Virus record (IMG/VR): IMGVR_UViG_3300025674_000019
Coordinates: 69,290-133,289 of that record
DNA length: 64,000 bases
Source: a virus
Direction: 5' to 3' (one strand)
Part shown: in pieces, positions 26,834 through 36,105 of the stretch
Layout: each line of letters opens with the position of its first letter
Numbering within the stretch: the first letter of the stretch is position 1
The notes under the pieces: model-generated
Told to the model about the DNA's origin: nothing
The model's input: only the letters and a program-made list of their open reading frames with translations
Databases searched by the model: none
Position numbers and translations under genes: made by a program

Positions 26834-26898
26834 GTAGTCACCTCGAACCTATTTGAGATACCGCTAAAGTATATAGGCCGAGGCGCTACAATGTCTAT

Positions 26899-27588
26899 CT
26901 AATCTAGAGTAAGCTTGTCCGGATCGAAGAAGCTACTCACTGCCTTGCGAAGCTCGCCCATAGGGCAGGCTGGGCCAGGGTCAGACTTAGTGCTTTTAAT
27001 ATCTGAGTGACCGACTATACACTCAGGCGTCTCTACCAGCTCAGGCACGTGAGTGCTGATGTGGTATATGAGCCTTTGCATAGCTGTGATGCTCTCAGGA
27101 GAGTATGGCTCCCAGTAAGTCTCTTTACCCTTTTCGTCTACATGCACGAAAGGTTCTGGACCCTGGTAAAGACTAAACTTCTTACCCTTCTTGTAAGCAG
27201 AGTACCCGTAGGTATCTACCCAACCTTCAGGGATCTTGTAGAGCATACCTACATTGTCGAAGTCGAGCCCAATGGACCTAAAGTTAATACCCTTTAGCTC
27301 CGAGCCATCCTGACGCACAAGCCTACTTCCGCCAGCGTGCCAAGTACGCTCATCTAGGCCAGCGGCCTGAATGACTGTGCCGTCCCGCAGGACAGTAAAG
27401 TGAGTACTGGACTCTCGGCCGAGGCCTTTCATCCAGCTAGTTATCCGCCTACGGTTACTCCCCCCGTGCTTAACACTATAAGGGGAAGCAGTATAGTGTA
27501 TAACTAGAAGCTCCACAGGCTTTACGCGCCTGTCGGAGGCTTTATACCTATACGGGGTCGAGACCCTCGTAACTTCAAGGTCCTTCAT
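26899..27588 (-). CDS. N-acetylmuramoyl-L-alanine amidase (Amidase_2), candidate endolysin
   Basis: LVIHYTA, SSTHF, TWHAG, SIGLD, IVGHSDI, KSDPGP. Confidence 0.88.
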   Translation of the reverse strand: MKDLEVTRVSTPYRYKASDRRVKPVELLVIHYTASPYSVKHGGSNRRRITSWMKGLGRESSTHFTVLRDGTVIQAAGLDERTWHAGGSRLVRQDGSELKGINFRSIGLDFDNVGMLYKIPEGWVDTYGYSAYKKGKKFSLYQGPEPFVHVDEKGKETYWEPYSPESITAMQRLIYHISTHVPELVETPECIVGHSDIKSTKSDPGPACPMGELRKAVSSFFDPDKLTLD

Positions 27589-28313
27589 TAGGACTGAATC
27601 CCATCGTTAGGTACGCCAAATACTGCCTGAGTAAGGTCAGTACTAGAGAGGCTACCTTGAACCTGGGATGCACCTGTGGGGAACCCGCCTTGAGTCTCAG
27701 TACGGTTAGCCCTTACAGAGAAGAGCCTATCTGCTAGACCAGCAACGTTTTCCATCATGACGTTCTGCCCGGCGGCAAGACCCATGTTGTAGCTGTTGAT
27801 CATGCAGTTCTCTAGGTATACCGCACCAAGGCTATTATTAGCCTTGTCCCTGAACATAACCTGAAGCCCGAAGGGGATCAGGAAGAGCTCAGAGTCAAGG
27901 TTAATAGCGAAGTCGGAGGTGCCCTCAGAGACAGGCCTCTCTCCAAACTTAGCTAGGTCAACCCCAGCTGTCTCGGCGTTCTTATAGAGGGCCTTTAACA
28001 GGTTAGGGCCTTTAGCGAAGAGACGGCCAATATTGAACTGAACCATGCTCTTACCCGTGGTGAAGTACGCACGGCCCGACCCAATGGTTTGCATAGGCGC
28101 AACCTGGCGGCTCTGGCTGAAAGTAAATTGCTGCAGGAGGCCTACTGGATACAGGTTAGAGTCGTTCTGGCTCTGCGAGTACCGTGGGGGCCCAACCATG
28201 ACGAGAGCGTCGTCCGGGTTTGCACTGGTATAGGGAATGTTATCAGTAAGACGCTCTACGCAGTTCTCCTGAACATTCCAGTTTCCTATTGCGGTAGTAG
28301 TTCCTAGAGACAT
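27588..28313 (-). CDS. Tail tube protein
   Basis: Immediately after the sheath; PVGLLQQF..SQSR..IGS...LENC.I.SY pattern. Confidence 0.65.
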   Translation of the reverse strand: MSLGTTTAIGNWNVQENCVERLTDNIPYTSANPDDALVMVGPPRYSQSQNDSNLYPVGLLQQFTFSQSRQVAPMQTIGSGRAYFTTGKSMVQFNIGRLFAKGPNLLKALYKNAETAGVDLAKFGERPVSEGTSDFAINLDSELFLIPFGLQVMFRDKANNSLGAVYLENCMINSYNMGLAAGQNVMMENVAGLADRLFSVRANRTETQGGFPTGASQVQGSLSSTDLTQAVFGVPNDGIQS

Positions 28314-28323
28314 TTAGAACTCC

Positions 28324-30726
28324 TTACTGGGACTCAAGGGTGATCTGGATCTTATTAAGAACCTTTGGTAGCGATACATTTAAAAGTATAACCACCGTAC
28401 CCGCATCACTGGGAGACTCTTCGACAGAAATAATGTCAGCGTCTCGCAGGGGCGCACCGATGCGATCAACGACCCTAGCCCTTAGGCTGAGGATAGCTGA
28501 GTCGAGGGAGCTTGCGATAGAGGCGAGGGCCTGCGGAATAACATTCCAGGTTCCGACGTAGGGAGTAAGGGTATTCTTAAAGACCTTGCTCACATAGTCA
28601 AAGTTATTAACAACGCTAAGCTCCGAGAACTCTTGGGTCCCAGCGAAGTCACGGTAAGCGCATGTTACCTGGTGCACGCAGAATGGGAGTCCACCGGTTG
28701 TCTCCTGAACGAAAACAAAGTATCCGTTGTCCGAGAGAGAATCGATCTGATCATCATTAAAGTAGCCGAGGTTAGACGCAGCTAAGTTATCAATGCCAGA
28801 GATAGCAATGTTATTCTTCGGACGATGAGGCTCGAATGCGGCAAGCATCCCGCCTAGCGCGGCACCCAGGTAGTAGCCCGGCTGTCCAGACTCTCCAAGA
28901 ACAGTACATGACCCAGGGTAGACCATTACTAGGCGCTTCTGCGAGCTGAAGGTAGAGATCCTGTCGTTAAGGACAGCGACCTGCTCAGCCTTGTTAGAGC
29001 TAATATCAGCGTAGCCGATGAACTTGATAGCTCCAACTGCAGCAATGTTGCCCTCAGTGAGTGTAAGCTGAAGGGTAGAGTTACTGCTTACGGATGTAAC
29101 CGTGGCTTTAAGTAGAACATCAGCGTCCGAATCGAAGTAGAACTCTACAAGATCGCCGTCGCTCACGCTTGCTAGGAAGCTGGCATCTGCGTCAAGCAAC
29201 TCAGCGGTAGTAGTTTGGCCCTGCTGCTCAAAGGAAGAGATCCTCCCCGAGAGGTATTCAGAGTCAGACCCTGCCCAGTACTTGCGGAGGGGTGCACCCT
29301 CGCTTGCACCGATTACGATCCGGAAGTTATACTTCTGCTCAGAGCTAACAACAGCGTCTGTTACGAGGCTATTAATCACGCTAAGATCTGTAGTTAGAGG
29401 AATAATAGCGTAAGCGTCAGGGTCAGCGTTGATATACGAGCGAGCGTCGAGGTACCCCTGAGAAGAATCTTCCGCTAAGCGAAGAACCTTAACAGTGCTT
29501 GAGCCCGAGTTTTGCAGCGCAATGCTCGCTGCGAGACTTAGAGGGTTGTAAACCGAGGGCTCTCCAAGTACGTCTTGGAAGTCATTGCTGCTGACCGTAA
29601 GCGCCAGTGCACTGCTTTGCGTATTAAGAGTCCTTGTACGCAGGTACAGGTCTCCCCGAGTGATGGTAGACTCAGATAGGTTGGCCGCCCCAGGAATGTT
29701 AGTATCCTCTAGGAGGATGATTCCCTGCATGTTAAGGTCACCGCCGTCGATTGCCCACTCAGAGCTAGCGATCTCCAGGCCTGCAAGAGGAATGTCGTAC
29801 TCAGCGGATACTAGCCGCTCGATACGAACCGAAAGACCACGAACTGCGTCATCGGCAGCATCTCCGCCACCTAGGCAAAGCTGCCTAGGAATGTCAGCCA
29901 GCTGTAGAGTGGACCCCTGCGCAGACGCCTCAACCACCGTAGTGATCTGGTCTTCTGGGATAGCTAGAGTTCCCTGTACATAGCTGTGGTTCCCTTCGGC
30001 ATCAGTAAGCCTAAGAGTGACCTCGGTGCCCGCAGGATAGGATAAGGTTGCGGGGTCAGCACCATCAGTCTTACTAAAGAATGAGTCTTTAGTTTTGTCC
30101 GAGAGCAGGAGCTCAGAAGCACTGCCTAGTCCGTGCTGCGCCTCAGAGTAAAAGAGATCTACCTGAGACCCGTCAAACGCGGCTGCCTCTACGTGATTTG
30201 GCAAGATAGAGACACTAGCAGGAGACCGGTATGCCTCTCCGATTTCTACCCCCGCGCTAGCCACGAAGCGCGATGCCTGCTTAAAGCTAATAACCACTTT
30301 GTCATTAGGCAGAACTGAGTACCCACCGACGGAGTTTAGGTTCTCAGGGAACGATAGCTGGGTGCGAAGAGCGCCCACGTTAGCGTCGCTGTTAGCAGCA
30401 GGAGCAACTACGCTTGTCCCGCCGCCTACCTGAAAGTATGCGTTTGTTAGATATACTTTAGCAGCATACTCTGAGCCTGCGGCAGTATCTACGCTACCCC
30501 TGTCGCTGATATCTATATCAAAATTATAGGGATTTCCTGTATTAAAGTCCATTACACTGGTTCCAGTGTACGGGTTATACTCAGCGAGAGCGCTCCCTGG
30601 GTTATCCCGGTCAAAAGCAGTAAGGTCGTACTGCGGACCAACAAGAAGGACGCTCTGCTCGGGATCGTTTACCGTAGTCGTAATATTGGCTACGGTCTGT
30701 AAGACTTCAACTATTGGTCTAGGCAT
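28324..30726 (-). CDS. Contractile tail sheath protein
   Basis: 800 aa; C-terminal sheath signature (LVMVYP, PGYY..AALGG, ELSVVNNFDYV, L.VSLPKVLNKIQI). Confidence 0.8.
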   Translation of the reverse strand: MPRPIVEVLQTVANITTTVNDPEQSVLLVGPQYDLTAFDRDNPGSALAEYNPYTGTSVMDFNTGNPYNFDIDISDRGSVDTAAGSEYAAKVYLTNAYFQVGGGTSVVAPAANSDANVGALRTQLSFPENLNSVGGYSVLPNDKVVISFKQASRFVASAGVEIGEAYRSPASVSILPNHVEAAAFDGSQVDLFYSEAQHGLGSASELLLSDKTKDSFFSKTDGADPATLSYPAGTEVTLRLTDAEGNHSYVQGTLAIPEDQITTVVEASAQGSTLQLADIPRQLCLGGGDAADDAVRGLSVRIERLVSAEYDIPLAGLEIASSEWAIDGGDLNMQGIILLEDTNIPGAANLSESTITRGDLYLRTRTLNTQSSALALTVSSNDFQDVLGEPSVYNPLSLAASIALQNSGSSTVKVLRLAEDSSQGYLDARSYINADPDAYAIIPLTTDLSVINSLVTDAVVSSEQKYNFRIVIGASEGAPLRKYWAGSDSEYLSGRISSFEQQGQTTTAELLDADASFLASVSDGDLVEFYFDSDADVLLKATVTSVSSNSTLQLTLTEGNIAAVGAIKFIGYADISSNKAEQVAVLNDRISTFSSQKRLVMVYPGSCTVLGESGQPGYYLGAALGGMLAAFEPHRPKNNIAISGIDNLAASNLGYFNDDQIDSLSDNGYFVFVQETTGGLPFCVHQVTCAYRDFAGTQEFSELSVVNNFDYVSKVFKNTLTPYVGTWNVIPQALASIASSLDSAILSLRARVVDRIGAPLRDADIISVEESPSDAGTVVILLNVSLPKVLNKIQITLESQ

Positions 30727-30762
30727 AACCAGCTCCTTAGTAACTTCCCACTAAGTATGGGT

Positions 30763-31416
30763 TTAGCTTTGGGTATCAGCAATATTCATGCTGATGAGGG
30801 CCGAATCACCAAAAGTATAGGTTCTTGCCTGTTCTTTATCAGTCTGAAAGGTAACGTATCGCGCAACCTTCTTTTGATCCGGTATATTAGCCCACGCTAT
30901 ATCGTAGGTAAATTCTGTCTGAACCCTGGTTAAAAAGCACCTATCGTCTTTCTCCCAGGGCTGGGTTGGCATAAGAGTAACGGGCGTAACAGCCTTAAAG
31001 TCGAATTGCCGCATGAGTATATTAGCGCTCATCACCATGTGCTGAGCGACTGTGTCTCCTAGTAAGGCGCTTTCCCCCTTAGACTGAGAGACGCAATCCA
31101 TGGTCATACCGCCGGTAGCATGCGTGTAGAACAGCTCTCCGCCTGTAGTAAGGTGGGAAGCAGCCCTATCTCCTATGACTACCTTAGGAAATACGATGGC
31201 CCCTCGGTCTACAAAGACTCCCGGCCTAGAGTCCTTGGCCTGTAAATACGGGTTAGAAGCAGCTTCTATAACTATGCGAGATTTCTTATCATCTGCGTTC
31301 CACTGCCAGGGGAACTTAGGATTATCAGGCTGAACGAACCTGCTTCTTACCATCTCTAAGAACATGCCGATTACGTCTAGAGATGACTTATTGTAAACAT
31401 ACCCGTGCTTCTGCAT
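30763..31416 (-). CDS. Tail completion/terminator protein
   Basis: Between neck genes and sheath; RPGVFVDRG motif. Confidence 0.55.
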   Translation of the reverse strand: MQKHGYVYNKSSLDVIGMFLEMVRSRFVQPDNPKFPWQWNADDKKSRIVIEAASNPYLQAKDSRPGVFVDRGAIVFPKVVIGDRAASHLTTGGELFYTHATGGMTMDCVSQSKGESALLGDTVAQHMVMSANILMRQFDFKAVTPVTLMPTQPWEKDDRCFLTRVQTEFTYDIAWANIPDQKKVARYVTFQTDKEQARTYTFGDSALISMNIADTQS

Positions 31417-32195
31417 CAGTTAAACTCCAGAGGTATATTATACTCTACGGCGCTTCTAGAAAGCTCTGACACCTGGAGATCCTGATGCACTAGAACACGA
31501 GAGCTCTCCGTAACCATTCTACGAAGAACTTTAAACCTGCGATTAGTCCGCAACTCTACGATTACGTCTTCGTTATCCACCTCAGGATAGTCTACTATTG
31601 TTAGCCCAGTCACGGCACTCTCAGATATGCCAGAGGTACCTAGAGTGGGCTGAATAACTACAGGGTCTAGCTTGCCGTATACCTTGATGGGCTCATGGTA
31701 GCCGCCCTCGTAAGTGGTCCCGAAGCAAGTATTGCAGTTGGAGAATACAGACTCGCCAGTAGCGAGGTTGTAGCACTCGGGACACCTTGGCCCGAACCGC
31801 TTCTTCTTAATCACAAGCAGAGGAACTCCATTGAGCTTCTCCAGCTGAACTCTTAGATCACGCCTAGCTTTTCTCGCTATCTTAGCGCGGTGCCCTTCAA
31901 GGGCGTACTCCACTGTTTTAGGCTCGCTAATAACCTTCTCAGAAGGGTTGATAGAGCTAGTAGCTCTTACCGCATACCAGTACCGAGTAGTAAACCCGTG
32001 AAGAGCCGCTTCTGTGTCGTGGTAGGTAAATATCCTAGAGGTTAGCCCGGAGGCTATCTCTTGAAAAGTACCATCAGGAGTGGTGGCCCTGAGTATATCT
32101 ACGGAACCTAGGTGCCCTTCGCGATCATCCACAGTCCACTGAATATGCATGTACTGAGGGTAGACAGGAAGAACCTGAGTAATAACCGGGGTCAT
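31416..32195 (-). CDS. Neck/head-closure protein with zinc-finger insert
   Basis: FN3-like N-terminus; GPRCPEC...CNTCFGT.YEGGY; position in the neck cluster. Confidence 0.6.
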   Translation of the reverse strand: MTPVITQVLPVYPQYMHIQWTVDDREGHLGSVDILRATTPDGTFQEIASGLTSRIFTYHDTEAALHGFTTRYWYAVRATSSINPSEKVISEPKTVEYALEGHRAKIARKARRDLRVQLEKLNGVPLLVIKKKRFGPRCPECYNLATGESVFSNCNTCFGTTYEGGYHEPIKVYGKLDPVVIQPTLGTSGISESAVTGLTIVDYPEVDNEDVIVELRTNRRFKVLRRMVTESSRVLVHQDLQVSELSRSAVEYNIPLEFN

Positions 32196-32653
32196 GGCCT
32201 AAAGAACCTCCTGCCAAGGGGTGATCTTGAGCCACGTATGGGTAGGTTACTTGTAACTTTTATATTATTCACATGCTGCGTGAACTCTTGCTGCATCATC
32301 TGAGAGAGCTGTATGTAATTACCGCTCTTCTCATCCATGCCAACACCCTGGATATTACCGTCTTGAAACTGGGCCTGGTTGCGCAGCTGGCGCATAGCTT
32401 CAGACTTAAATAGGTGAGACACCGCGCCAAGCTTAAGCACGTAGTCGTTTGGAAAGTTACTAGAAGTATAATTAGTAGGCCGCCCAATCACATTAGCGTG
32501 CTTTACTGCCTGGTCTATAGCCACGTTAAGTTCTTCATCTGAGAACTCAACATCGTCGTGGAGGGGGTTCATATCAAAGTAGTCTCGCATGAAGAACCTT
32601 AGGTCTCCTGCTAGAGAGCTAGTGGCGTTTACTGGTGTAGCGACTACAGCCAT
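32192..32653 (-). CDS. Head-tail adaptor protein
   Basis: LRFFMRD...EFSDEEL..AI...QLRNQ..F.DG; helical, neck position. Confidence 0.6.
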   Translation of the reverse strand: MAVVATPVNATSSLAGDLRFFMRDYFDMNPLHDDVEFSDEELNVAIDQAVKHANVIGRPTNYTSSNFPNDYVLKLGAVSHLFKSEAMRQLRNQAQFQDGNIQGVGMDEKSGNYIQLSQMMQQEFTQHVNNIKVTSNLPIRGSRSPLGRRFFRP

Positions 32654-33582
32654 TAGACTACTACCTCCTGTACATCAGGGCCATAATGGCCTTCTTTCTG
32701 GAAAGTAACCTTATAAGTACGACCAGCTGGAACGCGTATAGGGTCTGTCCAACGGCCATCAGGCCTAGTAAGAGTACTGCCGAAAGGGCTATCGAAGTTT
32801 CCCTGATCGTAGTCAGCAGCTAGGTACACAACTACTTTAGCCCCACTAACACCCTGGTTAGCTGATGTAATATAACGAAGGTTATCCTCACCTCCGGTAC
32901 TCTCAGATATCGCTACCGTATCAAAGATAACGCCTACTTGCTCTCGGTTATCTTGGATCTGTATTACGGCGGGAAGCCCTGCCTGCAGCTCTACATTATT
33001 CGAGAGCTGATAGGTAAAGACCTCATAGTTCCCGTTATCAAAGAGGTTAGCATCAAGAGTAAGAGAGTACTCCCCAGGGGTATTCTCTCTGTAAGCTATT
33101 CTGTACGGTTCTCGTACGGCTACTGCGGCTCCACTAAGGTCTAGGTAGCTAAAAGAGCTATCGGCCTCCTTAAAGAACAGGCCAGTAGATAGCTGCTTGA
33201 GGTAGATAAATAGAGTAAGACCAGGGAGAGTCTCTATCCTAAGATCTACGTCAGAGCTTTGAACTGCACCTTCTATAACTTTAAAGGTCTCTACCTTAAC
33301 GTTATCATACTCTACTTCGTTAGATAGCTCCCTAGACTGGTAGCTATAATCTCCGCTCTGTAGAGTATCTGTGGTTAGCTGCCAAGAGTAGCTACCGGGA
33401 GCTCGCTCCTCATAAGGAATCCTATACGGCTCACGAGCAGCGCCCTGTAAGTCACTGAGGAAAACGCCCTCATCAAAAGAGCCAGTACTATAGTTATAGA
33501 GAGCCCTATCAGCGTCTCTAACTAAGTAGGAAATAAAAACCCTTCCAGCTGGGTATGCAAGGGTAGATACAAACTCTGCCAT
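32653..33582 (-). CDS. Virion protein with two internal repeats and a carboxypeptidase-regulatory-like C-terminal domain
   Basis: REPYRI.Y.E..PG.YS repeated twice; GVSGAKV..T..DGRW..Y.V.F.KEG.Y. Confidence 0.55.
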   Translation of the reverse strand: MAEFVSTLAYPAGRVFISYLVRDADRALYNYSTGSFDEGVFLSDLQGAAREPYRIPYEERAPGSYSWQLTTDTLQSGDYSYQSRELSNEVEYDNVKVETFKVIEGAVQSSDVDLRIETLPGLTLFIYLKQLSTGLFFKEADSSFSYLDLSGAAVAVREPYRIAYRENTPGEYSLTLDANLFDNGNYEVFTYQLSNNVELQAGLPAVIQIQDNREQVGVIFDTVAISESTGGEDNLRYITSANQGVSGAKVVVYLAADYDQGNFDSPFGSTLTRPDGRWTDPIRVPAGRTYKVTFQKEGHYGPDVQEVVV

Positions 33583-33661
33583 GGCGCCCTCCCATTGAAA
33601 TTATATGAATATCCTGACATAAGCATAAGCCTCTACCGGTTTACCAAGGAAAGGAGGAACT

Positions 33662-34180
33662 ATGTTTCCCTTGGTGATTACGAACTTGCTACTGGGCGCA
33701 ATTAACTGCGCGCTCACAATAGATGAGCTACATGAAAACAACCGAACTCCGAGAGGCTATAAGTCTCGGCTACAGATTTGCTCTCGCATATACACAGAGA
33801 GCAGTGAGCAAGGGCTTAGGCCCGAGCTCGCAATGGCTGTAGGCTGGCTAGAAAGCCGCTACAGCAATGCTAAGGGCCGCTGGCTCACTACTAGAGGCGG
33901 GCGTAAGGTGCGCGCCGAGGGCCCTATGCAGATCCTTAAGATCTACCACTGCAAGCGAAACCCCCGGTGTGATACCCTCTCAACCGGTGTTCGCCTTCTT
34001 GCAAGGCTCGTGCACGAGCACGGTGAGCTGCATGGGTTGGCTATGTACGGGGGCGGCTCTATTAACAGAAAGAGCCTAAGGTACGCCAGAATTGCTATCA
34101 GGACCAGCCGGGAGATTAAAGAGCTGCTCCTGGAGAACAATGTTAGTCTTCCAGACTTTCTAGATCTAAGTCTAGACTAG
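33662..34180 (+). CDS. Lytic transglycosylase (SLT-like)
   Basis: LAMAVGWLES (catalytic Glu), AEGPMQI, LAMYGGG; AAGGAGG RBS; TGACATAAG motif at 33615. Confidence 0.78.
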   Translation: MFPLVITNLLLGAINCALTIDELHENNRTPRGYKSRLQICSRIYTESSEQGLRPELAMAVGWLESRYSNAKGRWLTTRGGRKVRAEGPMQILKIYHCKRNPRCDTLSTGVRLLARLVHEHGELHGLAMYGGGSINRKSLRYARIAIRTSREIKELLLENNVSLPDFLDLSLD

Positions 34181-34379
34181 CGTCTAACCCAAGGTCAGAC
34201 TGATCTGCACCGCTATCCAGACTAAAATCAAAGACCTGGACGGGGGTACCAGCTTCTGTCTCAGTATAGTACATATCTACTGACAGGGGCTTTGCATCCC
34301 CGGTGCCTCGGTGGACAACCTCTGCAGACTCGCAAGAGATTGTAAACAAAGGTAGAATGAGGTAAAAAAAGAGCTTCAT
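34143..34379 (-). CDS. Small putative lipoprotein
   Basis: MKLFFYLILPLFTIS-C lipobox-like; GGAGG RBS. Confidence 0.55.
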   Translation of the reverse strand: MKLFFYLILPLFTISCESAEVVHRGTGDAKPLSVDMYYTETEAGTPVQVFDFSLDSGADQSDLGLDASLDLDLESLED

Positions 34380-34440
34380 ATTATCCTCCTGTTCGGTAAC
34401 TCGGCCAGAAGTATAGAGCTCTTTTTTTTAGATTCAACAG

Positions 34441-34800
34441 CTAGAGCCTGTACCGAAGCCAGTTATACCTTTTCCTATTTTTTAGGTAGGAAGGGTCGTT
34501 CTGATGCTCGTAGGCTTCCTGCTCGAACTTAATCCTCTTGTAGGCTTCTCTGCTGTAGCCGTAGGTGTAGCAAGCGCATAGAAAGTACCAGAGGTAAAGC
34601 ACTAAGAAGCCTATAAACCCAGTTTCTAAATACTGTTGGTAGTGTATAGTCTCGTGCCTTCTAGTTCTTTCTGAGATCTTGCCTCGGCTGATAACTACAG
34701 GCCCAAGAGTGATCGCGCTTATGTTTATAGGCGCGAACTTAGAGAGGATCACTGGAATCCTAGAGTTCTCTATAAACTTAGGCTCCCAGTGCCTCATCAC
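34441..34800 (-). CDS. Zincin-like membrane protein (HExxH, DUF4157-like)
   Basis: AITLGP...RHETIHYQQ...TM...Y..I.FEQEAY. Confidence 0.7.
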   Translation of the reverse strand: MMRHWEPKFIENSRIPVILSKFAPINISAITLGPVVISRGKISERTRRHETIHYQQYLETGFIGFLVLYLWYFLCACYTYGYSREAYKRIKFEQEAYEHQNDPSYLKNRKRYNWLRYRL

Positions 34801-35096
34801 ATTCCCTCATCCATGCTGCCGAGCATGTAGCCAAGAACGCTCTGGAAGTCTTTAGACGAGTTGTAGATCTTAGCTTCTGCCCAGCTAGGCACAGGCTCGC
34901 ACCCGCAGATAAGGCGCTCAAGGATCTGAGTAGTACGTCGAATGCTCCTTAGACTAGTAAGAACCATTTCTACGTCGTGATCGCCTTTTGGCTGAGACAT
35001 CATCATAGGCATAGAGCTCATAGAACTCTTTAGATCTGCGACTAGCCCCGGGTCTACGGCACCCTTCATACCAGGCTTTTTTACTACTGCAATCAT
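34797..35096 (-). CDS. Conserved phage hypothetical protein
   Basis: DHDVEM...L...VPSWAEAKI pattern. Confidence 0.6.
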   Translation of the reverse strand: MIAVVKKPGMKGAVDPGLVADLKSSMSSMPMMMSQPKGDHDVEMVLTSLRSIRRTTQILERLICGCEPVPSWAEAKIYNSSKDFQSVLGYMLGSMDEGM

Positions 35097-35104
35097 TCTA
35101 GTAC

Positions 35105-35536
35105 CTACTTTGTTATGGCAAGATAGCCCACAGCCGAAACCAGGACTCCTGCAGTAATATAAGACATAAGTCGAAAGGTCTTACCTCTGTGGACCTCAGC
35201 CTTAAGCTGAGTATCTAGGTAATCCCTTTCTAGCTGTAGCTCATCAATTCTGACTACATAGTCAGCTACTCGCCTCTCCTGGCGTTGCTGAGTTTCTAAA
35301 AGAAATCCATCAGCTGCCTCTTGGATAGCTGTGAGCCTTTTATCACAGGAGGCATTCGCTGTACTAAGCTCAGCCCTAATGTGAGCGAGATCTCCCTTGC
35401 GAAGAAGGAAGCCCCGGTGGGGTGCAGCTTGCTGTGCTTTCAGCAAGGGGACATTCAGAGTAAGAGTCGGGCTGAGTGGAATCTCTCTGTAGTCAAGACC
35501 AGAAGACGCCAGTGTAAGTAGAAGAGAGCAGAACAT
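35105..35536 (-). CDS. Putative spanin-like lysis protein
   Basis: N-terminal signal, L.A...AP..GFLL motif, coiled coil, C-terminal TM; third gene after the holin candidate. Confidence 0.45.
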   Translation of the reverse strand: MFCSLLLTLASSGLDYREIPLSPTLTLNVPLLKAQQAAPHRGFLLRKGDLAHIRAELSTANASCDKRLTAIQEAADGFLLETQQRQERRVADYVVRIDELQLERDYLDTQLKAEVHRGKTFRLMSYITAGVLVSAVGYLAITK

Positions 35537-35537
35537 A

Positions 35538-35846
35538 CTAGCGGCCTCCGCAAATAGAGCAATGCAGCTCTTCGCAGGCTACCTTGAACTCTTCAAGCTT
35601 ATGAGTGCAGATCTCTTGCTCCGTCTCTTTACAAGACTGAACCGCCGCTAGGATCTTACCCTGAACGCTACTCTCTAAGTCCGCAATCTGTTGCTCCAGT
35701 ACCTTTACGTGCTGGATCTCAGGCGCACACTCTACAGAGTGGGGAGTCGTGCCTACGCTGGCCCTCCCTCCTAGAAATGAAAGCAACGCTGCCAGCGCTG
35801 GAATCAGATACTGCTGGTTGCTCAGAAGAAGGGCCTTGTAGTCCAT
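35538..35846 (-). CDS. Putative inner-membrane spanin (Rz-like)
   Basis: N-terminal TM, coiled coil, C-terminal cysteines. Confidence 0.45.
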   Translation of the reverse strand: MDYKALLLSNQQYLIPALAALLSFLGGRASVGTTPHSVECAPEIQHVKVLEQQIADLESSVQGKILAAVQSCKETEQEICTHKLEEFKVACEELHCSICGGR

Positions 35847-35847
35847 T

Positions 35848-36105
35848 TTACTCTCCGTCTTTGTTGTTATCCCTATCTAGCAGCTGGCCGCTGACCTGAA
35901 CGTACTTATCCAGGCTGGCCTGCCCAAGGATATAACCTACCTGTAAGAACCCACTAATAATGATAATAGTCATAAGCAGGGTCAACACATAGAAGTCAAT
36001 CTCTCCAGCATTACGCCAGAGGACTGCTCCAATGGTAAACTTCCACCCAAGCTCTCCGAGCAGGTAGGCCACGAACTTCTTAGACTTGAGTGGTAGTTTA
36101 TCCAT
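35848..36105 (-). CDS. Putative holin
   Basis: LKSKKF..., two TM segments, YILGQA..D, charged C-tail. Confidence 0.6.
   Translation of the reverse strand: MDKLPLKSKKFVAYLLGELGWKFTIGAVLWRNAGEIDFYVLTLLMTIIIISGFLQVGYILGQASLDKYVQVSGQLLDRDNNKDGE

Noticed and set aside
23057-33582. Extracellular contractile injection system or tailocin
   Set aside because: Capsid, decoration, prohead protease, neck genes and tRNAs indicate a complete phage
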